DNA from: an uncultured Candidatus Rokubacteria bacterium
Lineage (GTDB): Bacteria > Methylomirabilota > Methylomirabilia > Rokubacteriales > CSP1-6
Assembly: GCA_963747235.1 (NCBI GenBank)
Contig: CAVVEU010000024.1
Location: forward strand, 416,001-480,000
DNA length: 64,000 nucleotides
Direction: 5' to 3'
A program made the translations under genes and the position numbers. Of this stretch, positions 30,390 through 41,886 are shown piece by piece. Below the pieces are notes generated by a model, which ran no database searches, was not told where the DNA came from, and was given only the letters and a program-made list of their open reading frames with translations. Each line of letters opens with the position of its first letter. Position 1 is the first letter of the stretch.

Positions 30390-32224
30390 TGGGAATGCCC
30401 CGTCTGCAAGACCTGGGCATGCGTCCGCTCTATCCCATCCGAGCTGGGGCGTCGTTCCATTCCTGCCGACCATGGCGGCATGGCACTGGAACCATGTGGT
30501 TCACGTGCTCATCAAGGTGGCCGGGCTCGTGTCGTTGTGGAGCGCTGGGCTGGCCATTCTGGGTCGCGGTTGTGTCGGCCGGCGCCATGCTCGCGGAGGG
30601 CTCGCTGGTGCAATTCACCGATACCACGATGCTCCTGTCGGCCGCCTGGCTCCCCCTGGAGCTCTGGTTACGCTGAAGGCCGCTCGGCAGGCAGGCTTCT
30701 CTGGACGGGACGCCTCATGGGCGTCGGCTCTCGCCCTGCGAATCCTCTGCTTTCACCCCCAGTACGGGGCGTATGACTAGGTGCTGATCGGGCTGTTCAC
30801 ACTTCGAGTGGAGTGGGGGGAGCGTGCGCCAACTGTTCCCGCTTGGCACTGCGCTACAGTGGGGCCTCCTTGCGGCCCGCCGGCGCGGCGCCGCTTCCGG
30901 GCTACGCGCACTACCTGGAATCGGGCGCCGGCATATCGCGGAGTTTGACGACTGGCACTTTCGCCGGGCCTATCTCTGGTGGAACTACGGACTCCGGTGG
31001 TCGGACTTCCTGACGTCCGCGTTTCTTCCGTACGGCCTGTGGCTGGCCATCGCAGCCGCAGCGTTCCTGGGACGTCTGCGGGGTACGGTGCTCTGGCCGG
31101 TCTTCGGAGCATATGCGGTCTTCGGGCTCTTCCATGCTGTGCCCTGGCTTGCCGTCCCGATGTGGCTCACCCGGATGGCATTGTTTCCGTTCCGGATTCC
31201 GCAGCGGGTCTTCGAGCCGTTCATGTGGCTCGGTATCCTTCTGCTGGCCGAGCTGGCGACCAGGGAGTCGCGCCCGGCGCGACGACAGATCCTCGTCGGG
31301 CTGCTCATCGCGGGGTTCGGGTTCTGCGCGTGGCAAACCAACTTCGATCCGCGCACGTCATACGTCGGCGTGCCCTGGAACCGCGCGCTTCCGGAGCGCT
31401 TGGCCGGGCTGGTCCGTTCGGAGCCTGCAACCCATGCCCTGTTCGTAACCGGGTCCCCCGTCGATGACGATCGAGGGCCCCTCCTGAACTCCAACCACGC
31501 CGATTTCCTGCGGATCCCAGCCGCCCACTTCACCGGGCAGCTTCCCGCCTATCACTTCAACCGGATGGCATATCGTCTGCCGGGATTCCTGCTGCTGCCG
31601 CGAGGCGCCACGCCGCTCCAGGAGTGGGACGCGGTGATCGACGTCTATGCGGAGCTCGGTATCGGCTGGGTGTTCTGGGATGGCAAGGGGGATCCGGTCC
31701 ATCCACGCCTTGAGTTTGTGGACGAGGAGCACGGGTTCCGCCTTTTCCGCATCCAGGGTGCGCGGCCGATGGTCCACACGCTCGAGACCGTGCGAACCGT
31801 GGCGCCACCGGCCCGGCCCGCTGGCGTCACCAAACTGATCTTCTCGACACCGGCTCTCGGTGCCTTCTGCTACGGATGCCCCGGGTCTAAGCGGTGGAGT
31901 CGGCCGGAGGAGGTGACGCTGGGGGTGGATTGGCGGGCGGGAGACGTCATGGTGGAGACCGAATCTCCGAACGAAGTTTTCCTTGTGCTCAATGAGAACC
32001 GCTCGCTCGGCTGGCGCGCCACCGTGGATGGACGGCCGACCACCATCTACCCGGTCAACGAGGCGTTCCAGGGGGTGGTGGTGCCAGCCGGCCGGCACGT
32101 AGTGCGCTGGCGGTTCGCTTCACCCGGCTTCTTCGAGGGGTGGGTCTTCACCGGACTCGGGATCGTGCTGGCGGCCCTTGCCATCTGGCGGAGCCGGCGA
32201 GTGGGGAGAGTCCGCGGTGCGTGA
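30390..32224 (+). pseudogene. YfhO-family (GT-C-like) membrane protein with degraded or frameshifted N-terminus
   Basis: C-terminal GWRATVDGRPTTIYPVNEAFQGVVVPAGRHVVRWRF. Fragments AAWLPL and HPQY in the 5' part; HPQY is followed by TAG at 30778-30780. Confidence 0.65.
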
Positions 32225-33242
32225 TTGCCTTCTCGTCGTGGCGCTCCTCTTACTCGCCGCCGGACCGGCGCACGCCGGCCAGGCCTGTACCGGCGACGGT
32301 GCTTCGCGGCGCGACATCACCGAGCTGATCGAGCCCGCCCTCACTTTTCCGCTGGGCCTCGCGACGGCGCCCGACGGCGCAATCTGGGCGGCGTCGACCT
32401 TCGCGGATCAACTGGTCCGCCTGGAGCTCGACTCCGGTCGGATCAGCGTGGTCCAGTTGCCGCTCCGCTCACACCCGGTGGGGCTGGCCGTCGATGACCA
32501 GGGACGCGTGTGGTTCGCCGGGAGTGGGGTCGGTCTGGTCGGCCGCATCACTCCGGGAGTTGCGCGCGCCGCTGAGTTTCCGCCGCCGACCTTGTTCTTC
32601 CCGGGGCGCAGCATTCCCTCGCCCACCGGGATCGCGCTCGACAAGCGCAGCGGGCAAGCGTGGTTCACGCTCGGTCCAGGCTCGCTGCTGGGAGCGGTCG
32701 CGCTGGCGGCGGAGGCGGTGCGGAAGGGTACGGTCGTCAAGGAGATCGTGCTGGGAAGCGAGGCGGCGCGGCCGGAGTCCATCGCCCCGGATCCCCGGGG
32801 CGGTGCCTGGATTGCCGAGCTTGCGGCGGACGCTCTTGTTCACATCGAGCCCAATGGAAGCATCCGGAGGATGGCGCTGCCTGCCGGAAGTCACCCGCGC
32901 GGGCTCGCGACGGCCCCGGACGGGGGTGTGTGGGTTGCGCTGTTCGGGACGCATCGACTCCTGCGCGTGGATCCCTGGTCTCTCTCGATCCGGGACTGGC
33001 CGATGCCCTCCGGTCCGCGGTCGAACCCCTACGCGGTCGCGGTGGACGCGGATGGGGGCGTTTGGACCAGCGAATTCACCGCCAATACGATCACCTGTTT
33101 CGACCCGATCCGTGAGCGGTTCATCTCCTGGGATGTGCCGACGCGCCGGGCCGGGGTACGGGCGCTGACGGTCGATCGAACGGGCCGAATCTGGTTTGTG
33201 GGCAGCTATAGCGGCCGGCTGGGCGTGGTGGGGCCTCGATGA
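32217..33242 (+). CDS. Secreted Vgb-like beta-propeller protein
   Basis: Signal peptide; repeated P.GLA..PDG.VW units. Confidence 0.8.
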   Translation: MRDCLLVVALLLLAAGPAHAGQACTGDGASRRDITELIEPALTFPLGLATAPDGAIWAASTFADQLVRLELDSGRISVVQLPLRSHPVGLAVDDQGRVWFAGSGVGLVGRITPGVARAAEFPPPTLFFPGRSIPSPTGIALDKRSGQAWFTLGPGSLLGAVALAAEAVRKGTVVKEIVLGSEAARPESIAPDPRGGAWIAELAADALVHIEPNGSIRRMALPAGSHPRGLATAPDGGVWVALFGTHRLLRVDPWSLSIRDWPMPSGPRSNPYAVAVDADGGVWTSEFTANTITCFDPIRERFISWDVPTRRAGVRALTVDRTGRIWFVGSYSGRLGVVGPR

Positions 33243-33265
33243 CCCCGTGATAGGATGAACGCGCG

Positions 33266-34227
33266 ATGATGCTGTCCATCGTGATTCCGGTGCTCAACGA
33301 GGATCGGAACATTCCCGAGCTCGTGCGCCGACTGCAGCACGTACTCGATCCCGCCGGCATCTCGTTCGAGATCGTCTTCGTCGATGATGGCAGCACCGAC
33401 CGGACTCCCGAGATCCTCCACGCGCTGCACGCGGAGGACGATCGGATCAAGGCGGTGCACCTGGCCCGAAACTTCGGCCACCAGGCGGCCATCGCGGCGG
33501 GGATGCGCGCGGCGGCGGGCGATGCGGTGGCGGTGATGGATGGAGACCTGCAGGATTCCCCCGAAATGATCCCGATCTTCCTCGAGCGATGGCAGGCCGG
33601 TTACGACGTCGTCTACGCGATCCGGGAGCGGCGGGCCGAGTCCTGGCCGAAGCGCCTCGGCTACCGCCTGTTTTACCGCCTGCTTGCTCGCATCAGCCAG
33701 ATCGATATCCCGCTGGACAGCGGCGACTTCTCGCTCATGAGCCGCCGCGTGGTGGACGTCCTCAACGGGATGCCGGAGCGGACGCGCTTCGTGCGCGGGA
33801 TGCGAAGCTGGGCGGGATTCCGCCAGATCGGGGTCGATCACGTTCGGGGCCCGCGTTTCGCGGGAGAGGCGAAGTACACCTACGGGCGGCTCGTGCGTCT
33901 GGCCCTTGACGGGTTCTTCGCGTTCTCGTATCGCCCGCTCCAACTCGCTTCACTCTTCGGGGTCGCGGTGTCTGCCCTCGCGCTTGCGCTGGCGGCGGGT
34001 CTTGTAGCGCTCAAGCTCAGCCACGGGATCCCGCTCGTGGGCTGGACCTCGCTGATGGTCGCGGTGCTGTTCATGGGGGGTGTCCAGCTCATCTGCGTCG
34101 GCATCCTGGGCGAGTACATCGGCCGCATCTACGAGGAGAGCCGGGGGCGCCCGCCCTATCTGGTAGCCCGGGTCATCGGCAAGACGCAGCTCGGGGAGGG
34201 ACCGCGGACGGCCCGCGGACACTGTGA
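33266..34227 (+). CDS. GT2 polyprenol-phosphate glycosyltransferase (GtrB/ArnC-like; 3' frameshift)
   Basis: VDDGSTD, RNFGHQAA, MDGDLQD, two TM helices, GEYIGRIYEE.RGRP.Y. Confidence 0.9.
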
Positions 34228-34975
34228 AGGACGAGCCGGAGAAGCAGGCCCGGTACTTCGAGCTCGGGGAGACGTACTTCTGGCTGGCATCCCAGAACGA
34301 GATTGTGGAGCGCGAGCTCGCCCCTCGCCTGGACCGCCTTCGAGGGGGCCTGAAGCGGCCGCTGCGGATCTTCGATCTCGGCTGCGGCCCCGGAAACATG
34401 CTCCGGCGTCTGGATCGACGCGGGCTGGCGTACGGCTCCGACTTCTCGCTCGACGCCCTCGCGTTCGCGCGGAGCAAGGGTCTTCGGCGCCTGCTCTCCA
34501 GCGACTCCACCGCGTTACCCTTTGCGTCCGACTCCTTCGATTGTGTGGTGGCCCTCGACGTCCTAGAGCATATCGAGGACGACGCCGCGGCGTTGCGTGA
34601 GATCTCGCGCGTCATCCGGCCGGGCGGGATCTTCCTCTTCGCGGTCCCCGCGTTCCCGCGCTCTGGCGGCACCACGACGTCATGTACGGGCACTTCCGTC
34701 GCTATCGCCGGCCGGACTTCGTGGCCCGGGTGCGCACGGCAGGCCTGGTCGTGGAGAGCTGCCGCTTCTTCAAGTGCGCCTTCTTCCCGCTGCTCCTGCT
34801 GCTGGCCAAGCTCGAGCGGCTGATGGCGTCGGTAGCAGAGCCGCGCGACAATTTCTACGGGGTGCCGTCCTGGCTCAACGGGATGCTGTCGAGGGAGATC
34901 GTCCTCGAGGAGAGGACCGGGCTCACCCGCTGGATGCCCTTCGGAGTTTCGCTCCTCTGCGTCGGTCGCCGGTAG
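34224..34975 (+). CDS. Class I SAM-dependent methyltransferase (frameshift near 34660)
   Basis: DLGCGPG, LDVLEHIEDD, VPAF..LW..HD..GHFRRY. Confidence 0.85.
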
Positions 34976-34977
34976 CC

Positions 34978-36160
34978 GTGGCGCCGGCGCGCACGATCGG
35001 CGTCGTGACGGTCGCCCGCTCGGACTACGGCCATCTGGTCCCGCTGCTCGAGGGATCCGCGCGCGCCCCGGGGCTCGCGCTCCAGCTCTTCGTGGCGGGC
35101 GGCGCACCTCTCGCCGCGCTTCGGGCGCACCGTGACGTGATCGAGGCGGACGGCTGGCCCATCACCGACCGGATCGAGACGACCGGGCGCGTCCGACGCG
35201 CCGGCGGACGTGGCCGCGGCGGCGGGGCGCGGGCTCGCGGCTTCGCCCGCGCCTTCGCGCGCCGCCGGCCGGATCTGATCGTGGTGCTCGGCGACCGGCT
35301 CGAGATGCTGGCCGCCGCGGTGGCCGCGCTGCCCGCTCACGATCCCGGTCGCCCACATCCACGGCGGCGAGGTGACCGAAGGGCGCGATCGACGAGCAGA
35401 TCCGCCACGCCATCACCAAGCTCGCCCACCTGCACTTCCCGGCCGCCGAGCCGTACGCGCGCCGCATCCTCCAGATGGGCGAGGAGTCCTGGCGGGTGCA
35501 CTGCTGCGGCGCGCCCGGCCTCGACCGGCTCGCCCGGCTGGCGGTCGTGCCGCGCGAGGAGCTGGCCGCGCGCGTCGGCCTGCCGCTCCGGCGGCCCGAC
35601 CCTCCTGGTCACCTTCCATCCGGTGACGCTCGAGCCGGGGACACCGAGGCGCACGTCGAGGAGCTGGCCGCCGCGCTCGGACGCGATGGAGGGCGACGTG
35701 ATCATCACGTACCCCGGCGCCGACACCGGCTACCGCGACGGTCGATGCGCCGCCTCGAGGCGCTGGCCGCCGCTCGCGCCCGGACACGCGGATGGTCGCG
35801 GCCTCGGCGAGGACACCTACTGCTCGCTGCTGCGCGAGGCCGACGTGATGGTCGGCAACTCCTCGAGCGGGCTCATCGAGGCGCCGTCCTTCGGGCTGCC
35901 CGGTCGTCAATATCGGCAGGCGCCAGCGCGGGCGGCTGCGCGCGGCGAATGTCATCGACGTGGGCCTGCGCGGGACGAGATCCGTGGCCGGCCTGCGCCG
36001 CGCGCTCGATCCCGCCTTCCGCGGCGGGTCTCGCGGGCCTGCGCAACCCCTACGGCGACGGCCACGCCGCGCCGCGCATCGTCCGGGTCCTCGCCGACGG
36101 TCGAGCTGGGCCGGCGGCTCGTCCGGAAGCGTTTCGTGGACGGTCCGGGCCGTCCGATGA
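34978..36160 (+). CDS. neuC: Hydrolysing NDP-GlcNAc 2-epimerase (NeuC/LegG family; many frameshifts)
   Basis: ARSDYG, VLGDRLEML, AHIHGGE, DEQIRHAITKLAHLHF, LVTFHPVT, VGNSSSGLIEAPSF, NPYGDG. Confidence 0.85.
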
Positions 36161-37429
36161 CGATCGCCTTTCTCGCCTCGCGCAAGGGCTACCTGAAGGT
36201 CATGGGCTCGCTCATCCAGGCGCGCGCTCGACCGCGGGCACCACGTGGTGCTCCTCCGCGACCCGGCGCAGGAGAAGCCGGGCGAGGCGACGACGGACTC
36301 GGACTTCGCGGCCTGGCCGGCCGCGAGCGTGGTCGACTATCGGTGGGGCGCCCCGCTTCGGCCCCGTGCTCGAGGCGCACGGGTTCGCGCGCTGGTCGGG
36401 CCCTCGCTCCACTGCGTCCTGATGGCGATGGGACGTGCGGACGAAGTCCGGGAGCTGAAGCGTCGCGGCCTTCGCCTGTACTCGGTGGACTACGCGCTTC
36501 GAGACGATCACCAGCGACCCCGACGGCTATCGGCTCATCGACGTGACGTTCTATCAGAGCGAATTCCAGCGGGAGCTCCACTGGCGCCAGCCTCATTACT
36601 CCGCCTGGACCGGCGACTTCGCGGTCCTGCGCGGGGAGATCGACCTGGAGTCGCGCAGCGCGGTCTCCGGCTCGACGATGCTCGACCAGCGGGAGCTCGT
36701 CCGGGATCGCGCGGCGGTGAAGCGAAAGTACGGACTACCGGTGGACCGGCCGATGGTTCTGTTCATGTCCATGAAGATGGACGTGGGGAACGGCACGAGC
36801 GCGGGGGAACGACGTCTGCACTGGGGCGGAGGGCCCGCGCTGTTGCGAGTCGCGAGGGCGTGGTGGGCGGCCGGGCCCAGCTCATCCCCGGGATCCGCAA
36901 GGGCAACCCGCATCGCGCGCTCGCGGCGGCGGTTCGCGAGTTCTGTCGGCGCAACCGGGCCACTCTGGTGGTGAAGTCCCGGGAGAAGAACCGGGATCCC
37001 CGATTCGTGCGTCGCATGGCCGACCGCCTGGTCAAGCGCGACGACGAGGTGTATCCGTATACGTCGATGCAGCTCATGTCGGCAGCCGACCTTTGCGTTC
37101 ATTTCCAGAGCGGGGCGGTCCTCGAGGCCGCCTTCGTGGAGTGCCGTCACTCAGCGTCAAAGTGGCGCCGCCGTTCGATCGGGACAATCCGGCATTCGAA
37201 GAGCTTTGGGACGCGAAACCCGGCAGCTTTCAGAACTGGGCCGGTGTGGTCTGGTCAGCGGATATGCGCGGCGCGTCGGCGCTCCTCGCGGGGCGAGGGC
37301 TGAGCGACTTCGCCCTCGACCCGGAGGCCCAGCGCGACTACATCAGAGCGCTACGTGGGCTTCGGCGACACCCGCAGCAGCGAGCGCGTGCTGGACGTCA
37401 TCGAGCGGGAGGCCGCGCGCGCAGGTTGA
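36157..37429 (+). CDS. Hypothetical GT-B-fold protein, candidate nonulosonate or glycerophosphate transferase (frameshifts)
   Basis: Joined fragments: LVVKSREK, LMSAADL...QSGAVLEAA, GDTRSSERV; position directly after neuC. Confidence 0.5.
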
Positions 37430-38292
37430 TCTGGGATGCGAACACGACGCCCAGCGGGTTGTCGTGCGCCTTCGCGTCGAATTGCTGCTGCAGCTCGCGG
37501 AGGCGCTCGGTCTGCTGGAGCACCTGAGGGGGCAGCGGCCAGAAGTGGTAGTAGTTGACTGCCTCGACCCCGAGGCCGAACAGGCGCTGCAAGCCGCGCG
37601 GCGAACTCCGGGAGAATGACCCGCCGGGTCTTGACGATGTCGCGCTCGCTGGAGATGCGTCCAGCGTACGAGGCTTCGGTGGTCTTCGCGGGCAGGGCCG
37701 CGTTGGTGAGCGAGAGCCCGGAGCCGGTCGGCCTGCTCGCGGGCTTCCGCGTCCGTCTCGGCGAAGGCGGCCGAGCACGTGCCGCTCGTAGAATTCGACG
37801 GTATAGCGGTTCAGGGTGACGAGGTCGGACAGCAGGTTGCCGACGCTGACGCACAGCGAGCCGGTGGGCTTCAGGGCGCGGGCCGCCGCCCGGAAGAAAC
37901 GGTCCTCTTCCTCTTGGGTCAGGTACGCCAGCACGTTCAGGGCTGTCACCACGTCGAGCGAGGCGGGCCGCGACGACTCGAGCGCGGCCACGTCGCCGAC
38001 CGCGATCGCGCCGGGGTCGAGCCCGGCCTCTCGTAGCGCGGTCTTGCCGAGCTCGATCAGGTTCGGCGACGGGTCGACGCCCCTGGATCGAGAAGCCGCG
38101 GCGAGCCAGGGAGATCAGGTTGTCGGCCGAGCCGCAGCCGAAGTCGAACAACGTTCCCGGCGGCGCCGGCAGGAGCAGGTTGAAGGTGCGGAATCGCTGA
38201 TCGTGGTACGCGGCGCGCGTCTGCATGTAGACGGCGGCGTTGCGATCGTAGTACGTGAGGCCGCTCATCGCGTCAGGGCGATCGTCGGACAT
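37398..38292 (-). CDS. Class I SAM-dependent methyltransferase (frameshifts)
   Basis: LFDFGCGS, LDVVTALNVLAYL, ALKPTG. Confidence 0.75.
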
Positions 38293-38296
38293 GGAC

Positions 38297-38532
38297 CTAG
38301 TGTCCTGGCGCACCGGGGCCAGGTGGCCGGGCGATGAAGGGGCCTCGACGAAGCGACGCAGGCAGATCAGCAGATCACCGAGGCAGCCGGTGCAGAGTTT
38401 TCCGGTGCGCTCCTTCCCCGGCAGCGGCCAGTGGCCCTGTCGGCATGCAGCTCGGAGCTCGCCGATGGTCAAGGTCGTGCAATAGCAGAGGAGCAGGGGA
38501 TCGAGCTCAGCCGGATCGACGTTGGGGATCAC
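38297..38532 (-). CDS. BFD-like [2Fe-2S]-binding small protein (separate gene, or fused to the methyltransferase as assembled)
   Basis: LCYCTTLTIGELRAAC...TGKLCTGC matches the BFD CxC...CxxC pattern; GTGA overlap with upstream gene. Confidence 0.6.
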
Positions 38533-39238
38533 TTGAAGTAGCTGAAGAGGTGATCGAAGAGGAGCAGGTTGTCCGTGGCAATGTGCGGCCGACCACGTAG
38601 GTCGCAAGCTTGAAGAGGGCCTTGACCTCGACCCGCTCCAACGGACGGTTGCCCTGCGTCGAGGCAATACCCACCTGGGCATGAGCCTTGGGCTCGAGAC
38701 CGATATCGGTGACGACTCGCTCGGCGCCATAGTAGGCGAAGAGCTGCGCCTGGGCGGCCGCAAAGCGAGAAAGGTTCCCGAGCAGGATCGAGTACCGCTC
38801 GGCGAACGTCCTTCTGGGAAACAGATAGACCTCGAAGTTGTTGATGCCGGTAGCGCCAATGCGATCCGGGACACCACCCAGCACCGCGTTCACCGCATAG
38901 TAGAGAGGGGCGGTCGATGAACCGCGCCGATGGAGGTAGGCGTAGTGATGCGGTCGGTAGGGGAAGACGCGCTCGTCGTACCGCGCGTCGAAGGTGATCA
39001 TCACCCGGCGACGGCCCGACATCAAGGGACGGGCGAGGGCGCCGAGATCCAGAATCTCTTGGGTCGCGTCCACCGCCTCGCCGCCCAGGCGGTCGCCGCG
39101 GTCGCCGTACACGACGATATCGAGCGCGGCGAGATGGCGGCGGGCTTCGGAATCGCGCTGGTGCACGAGCTCCACGAGGTGATCGTCTCCATCCTCGTAA
39201 AAGGTGGCGGACAGGAGAGCCGAGAGACTACTTGACAT
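38529..39238 (-). CDS. Hypothetical protein (3' frameshifts)
   Basis: Coding-like GC3; corrected C-terminus ..DNLLLFDHLFSYFK ends at the TGA overlapping the next GTG. Confidence 0.6.
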
Positions 39239-39998
39239 GCATCAGCGACAGCGGCCCCGCGAGGTCCTTGGGCCCCGCGCCGACGAGATACAGGTTGAAC
39301 CAGGCATTGCCCTGCAGGCGTACACGTCTGACCGCCAGCGCTCCCGGATCCGGCCTGGCAAACTCGGCCACGTCGAGCGTTCGCGAACCCATGGGCGGAA
39401 TGGTGAGGAGACGCCGGGCCAGGAGCCGGTCGCTCTCGCTCGCGACGATCCGGACGCGATTGGTGACGTTGGACAGGTTCATCACGAGCAGGTAGGAGCG
39501 ACTGTCGGCCCCCATGTACACATACTGGTCACGGCGGAACGCGGGAATCGTACGGCCACCGAAGGCCAGGAGGCGGCCGAGGACCGCCATGAGCAGCCGC
39601 GTCCGGATGGGGTACAGTTCGATGAACTCGTAGCGCCCGTGGGTCGCGGTGTAGGTATCGCGGTGAGACAGCGTGACGTACAGGTCGGAGTGGAGTTGCG
39701 ACACGTCCACGGTCACGAAGCCACAGCCGGCGGGAGTCGGCTCCATCCGCAGTTCCGCGGTATCGAGGCTGTTCGGGAGGGTGACGTCGTACGAGCGAAC
39801 GAGCGAGCCGTCGGCGTCATACTGCCGCGCCGTGGATGCGAACGGTCCCTGGGTATATCCCTGCTTGAAACGAGCTTCCACGTTGTTGATGAGCACGGCA
39901 CAATCCAGGCCAGGGCGAGTGAGCCAGGGCAGATAGTACGTGGAGACGCGCTCGACGCCGAGCAAGCTCCGGGCTAACGCTCGAAGGGAGAGGGCCAT
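39228..39998 (-). CDS. Hypothetical protein
   Basis: Intact 256-aa ORF inside the operon; beta-rich pattern. Confidence 0.7.
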   Translation of the reverse strand: MALSLRALARSLLGVERVSTYYLPWLTRPGLDCAVLINNVEARFKQGYTQGPFASTARQYDADGSLVRSYDVTLPNSLDTAELRMEPTPAGCGFVTVDVSQLHSDLYVTLSHRDTYTATHGRYEFIELYPIRTRLLMAVLGRLLAFGGRTIPAFRRDQYVYMGADSRSYLLVMNLSNVTNRVRIVASESDRLLARRLLTIPPMGSRTLDVAEFARPDPGALAVRRVRLQGNAWFNLYLVGAGPKDLAGPLSLMHVK

Positions 39999-40029
39999 CG
40001 AGAGAGCCTAGGCCTCGGGTTTCGAGGTG

Positions 40030-40752
40030 TCAAGCGACCCGCCACGAGAGCCGGCCGCCCAAGCCACCCAAGAGCTCCGCAAGGGCAAAGTCCAGCTCCG
40101 AGTCGATGTTGACCGAGGCCTCGCGCGGCATGACGTAGGGCGCGGTGGCTCGCGGATAGAACGTGCGCTGCGCTCGCAGCGCCGGAACGTGGATGGCGTA
40201 GATGCTCCCATTCGGCCGGTAGGCTCGCGGCAGATCCTGGCGGTGATCCACCGCGGCGCCCTCCGGGAAGAGCCAGGACAGCCGCCGGTTCTCGACGGAG
40301 AGCATCCAGTACGGCGGGTAGTCCGGCTCGGTCACCGCCACCACCGCCTCCGCGGCGGGGTCGTCTCGGAGCACGTCGAGGGCGCCCCGGATGTGCTCGG
40401 CCCGTCGGAGCGGCGCCGTCGCGGGCAGCAGCACCACCACGTCGGCGGCGAAGCCCTCGTGCCGGGAGAGCCAGTCCACCGCGTGGAGCGCCACGTCCAC
40501 CGTGGAGCTGCGGTCGCCCGCCAGCTCCGCCGGCCGCACGAAGGGCGCGGGGCATCCCGCCTGCCGTCCCGCGGCGAGGATGTCGGGATCCTCGGTGGAG
40601 AGGACCGTGCGGCTCAGCGCGGAGCAGGCGAGCGCGGCCTCGATGGTGTGCGCGACGAGGGGCTTGCCGGCCAGGGGCAGAAGATTCTTGCCGGGCAGCC
40701 CCTTCGAGCCGCCGCGCGCCACGATCACGCCCAGCACCGTGAGGCCCGTCAT
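40030..40752 (-). CDS. Acylneuraminate (nonulosonate) cytidylyltransferase 1 (end uncertain)
   Basis: ARGGSKGLPGKN, RPAELAGD, RQDLP..YRPNGSIY, SVNIDSELDF. Confidence 0.9.
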   Translation of the reverse strand: MTGLTVLGVIVARGGSKGLPGKNLLPLAGKPLVAHTIEAALACSALSRTVLSTEDPDILAAGRQAGCPAPFVRPAELAGDRSSTVDVALHAVDWLSRHEGFAADVVVLLPATAPLRRAEHIRGALDVLRDDPAAEAVVAVTEPDYPPYWMLSVENRRLSWLFPEGAAVDHRQDLPRAYRPNGSIYAIHVPALRAQRTFYPRATAPYVMPREASVNIDSELDFALAELLGGLGGRLSWRVA

Positions 40753-41886
40753 CGCGCGAACCCGGCGCGGGCCAGGCCTGCCTCCGCCAGCGCGGTGGTG
40801 ATCAGGTCGAGCCGCGCCTCGCGCGGGAGCCGGCGGCTGGCCTCGTGGAATCGCCCGCGCTCCGCCGGCGCGAGCGCGCGGGCGAGCAGCGGCTCGACGT
40901 CCTCCGGCCGCTCGGCGACCAGGCCGAGGCCGGCGTCGACGCCGTCGGGACTGCTCTTGCCGGTGTACTCCCGCAGGAAGCGCCGGATCTCCTCGGTGGT
41001 GAGCAGGAACAGCGTCGCGCCGAGGGGATCCCGGCTCCACGCGCCCAGGAATGCGTAGTCCATGCTGCAGTGGGAGAAGGGGGTGGCCACGACGTCGCAG
41101 GCGCAGAGCCAGGGCTCCACGTCGCCCTCGGCGGCATCCCATACGCCGGACCCCGGCGCGGCGGAGCACGGCGGCGTGAAGGGCGAACGCTTCCCGGAAC
41201 TTCGGGTGCTCGCGAAGGAGGACGAGAGGCTTGACCGCTCGCCGGGTGAGGGTGTCCGCGAGGTGGCCGAACGCGGCCTCATGGCCGGGGATCTCGGCGG
41301 GCTGGGCGAAGAACCCGAGCACCGGCTGTCCCGTCGCGGCGCCGATGCGCTCGCGGGTGCGGGCGCGGAGCCGCGCCACGTCCAGGCCCGCGTAGGCGGC
41401 GTGGCGGAGCGAGCCCACCGCGACCGCGGCCACGCCGAAGCGCTCGCGGGTGAGGCGCGCCGCCGCCTCGTCCCGGACGAAGTAGGTGCCGGCATACGCG
41501 CGGCCGACCGCATTGGCGTCACCCGGATAGTCCTGGAGCGCGAAGGTGGGCCGCCCGGCGGCCCGGGCCAGCAGGGCTTCGTCGAGGCCCACGCCGAGCG
41601 AGGAGACGCCGACCAGCAGCACGTCGGGGTCCACGTCCCGGATCAGATCCCGGGCGGCGTCGAGGATCGGCGTGGGATCACCGTCTGCCGGTACGTGGGT
41701 GGAATCGCCGGCCGGGGAGAATCGAATCGGTCGCTCGCCGGCCGCCTCCAGCAGATCGAAGGCCGGTCCGCTCGCGGCGACCCGCACCTCGAGGCGCGCG
41801 TCGGCGCGCAGGGTGGGACAGAGCGCCCGGATCTGGGCGGCGCCGCCGGGATCGCGCGCGGAGACGAGGACGCGAACCGCCCTCAC
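40749..41886 (-). CDS. Hypothetical GT-B-like protein, candidate nonulosonate transferase (frameshift near 41155)
   Basis: SARDPGGA, ALQDYPG, LREHPK, CDVVATPFSHC; lies between the two cytidylyltransferases. Confidence 0.55.

Noticed and set aside
32217-33242. Streptogramin resistance lyase Vgb
   Set aside because: Only the propeller repeat pattern is evident. The protein has a signal peptide and I cannot verify the catalytic residues.
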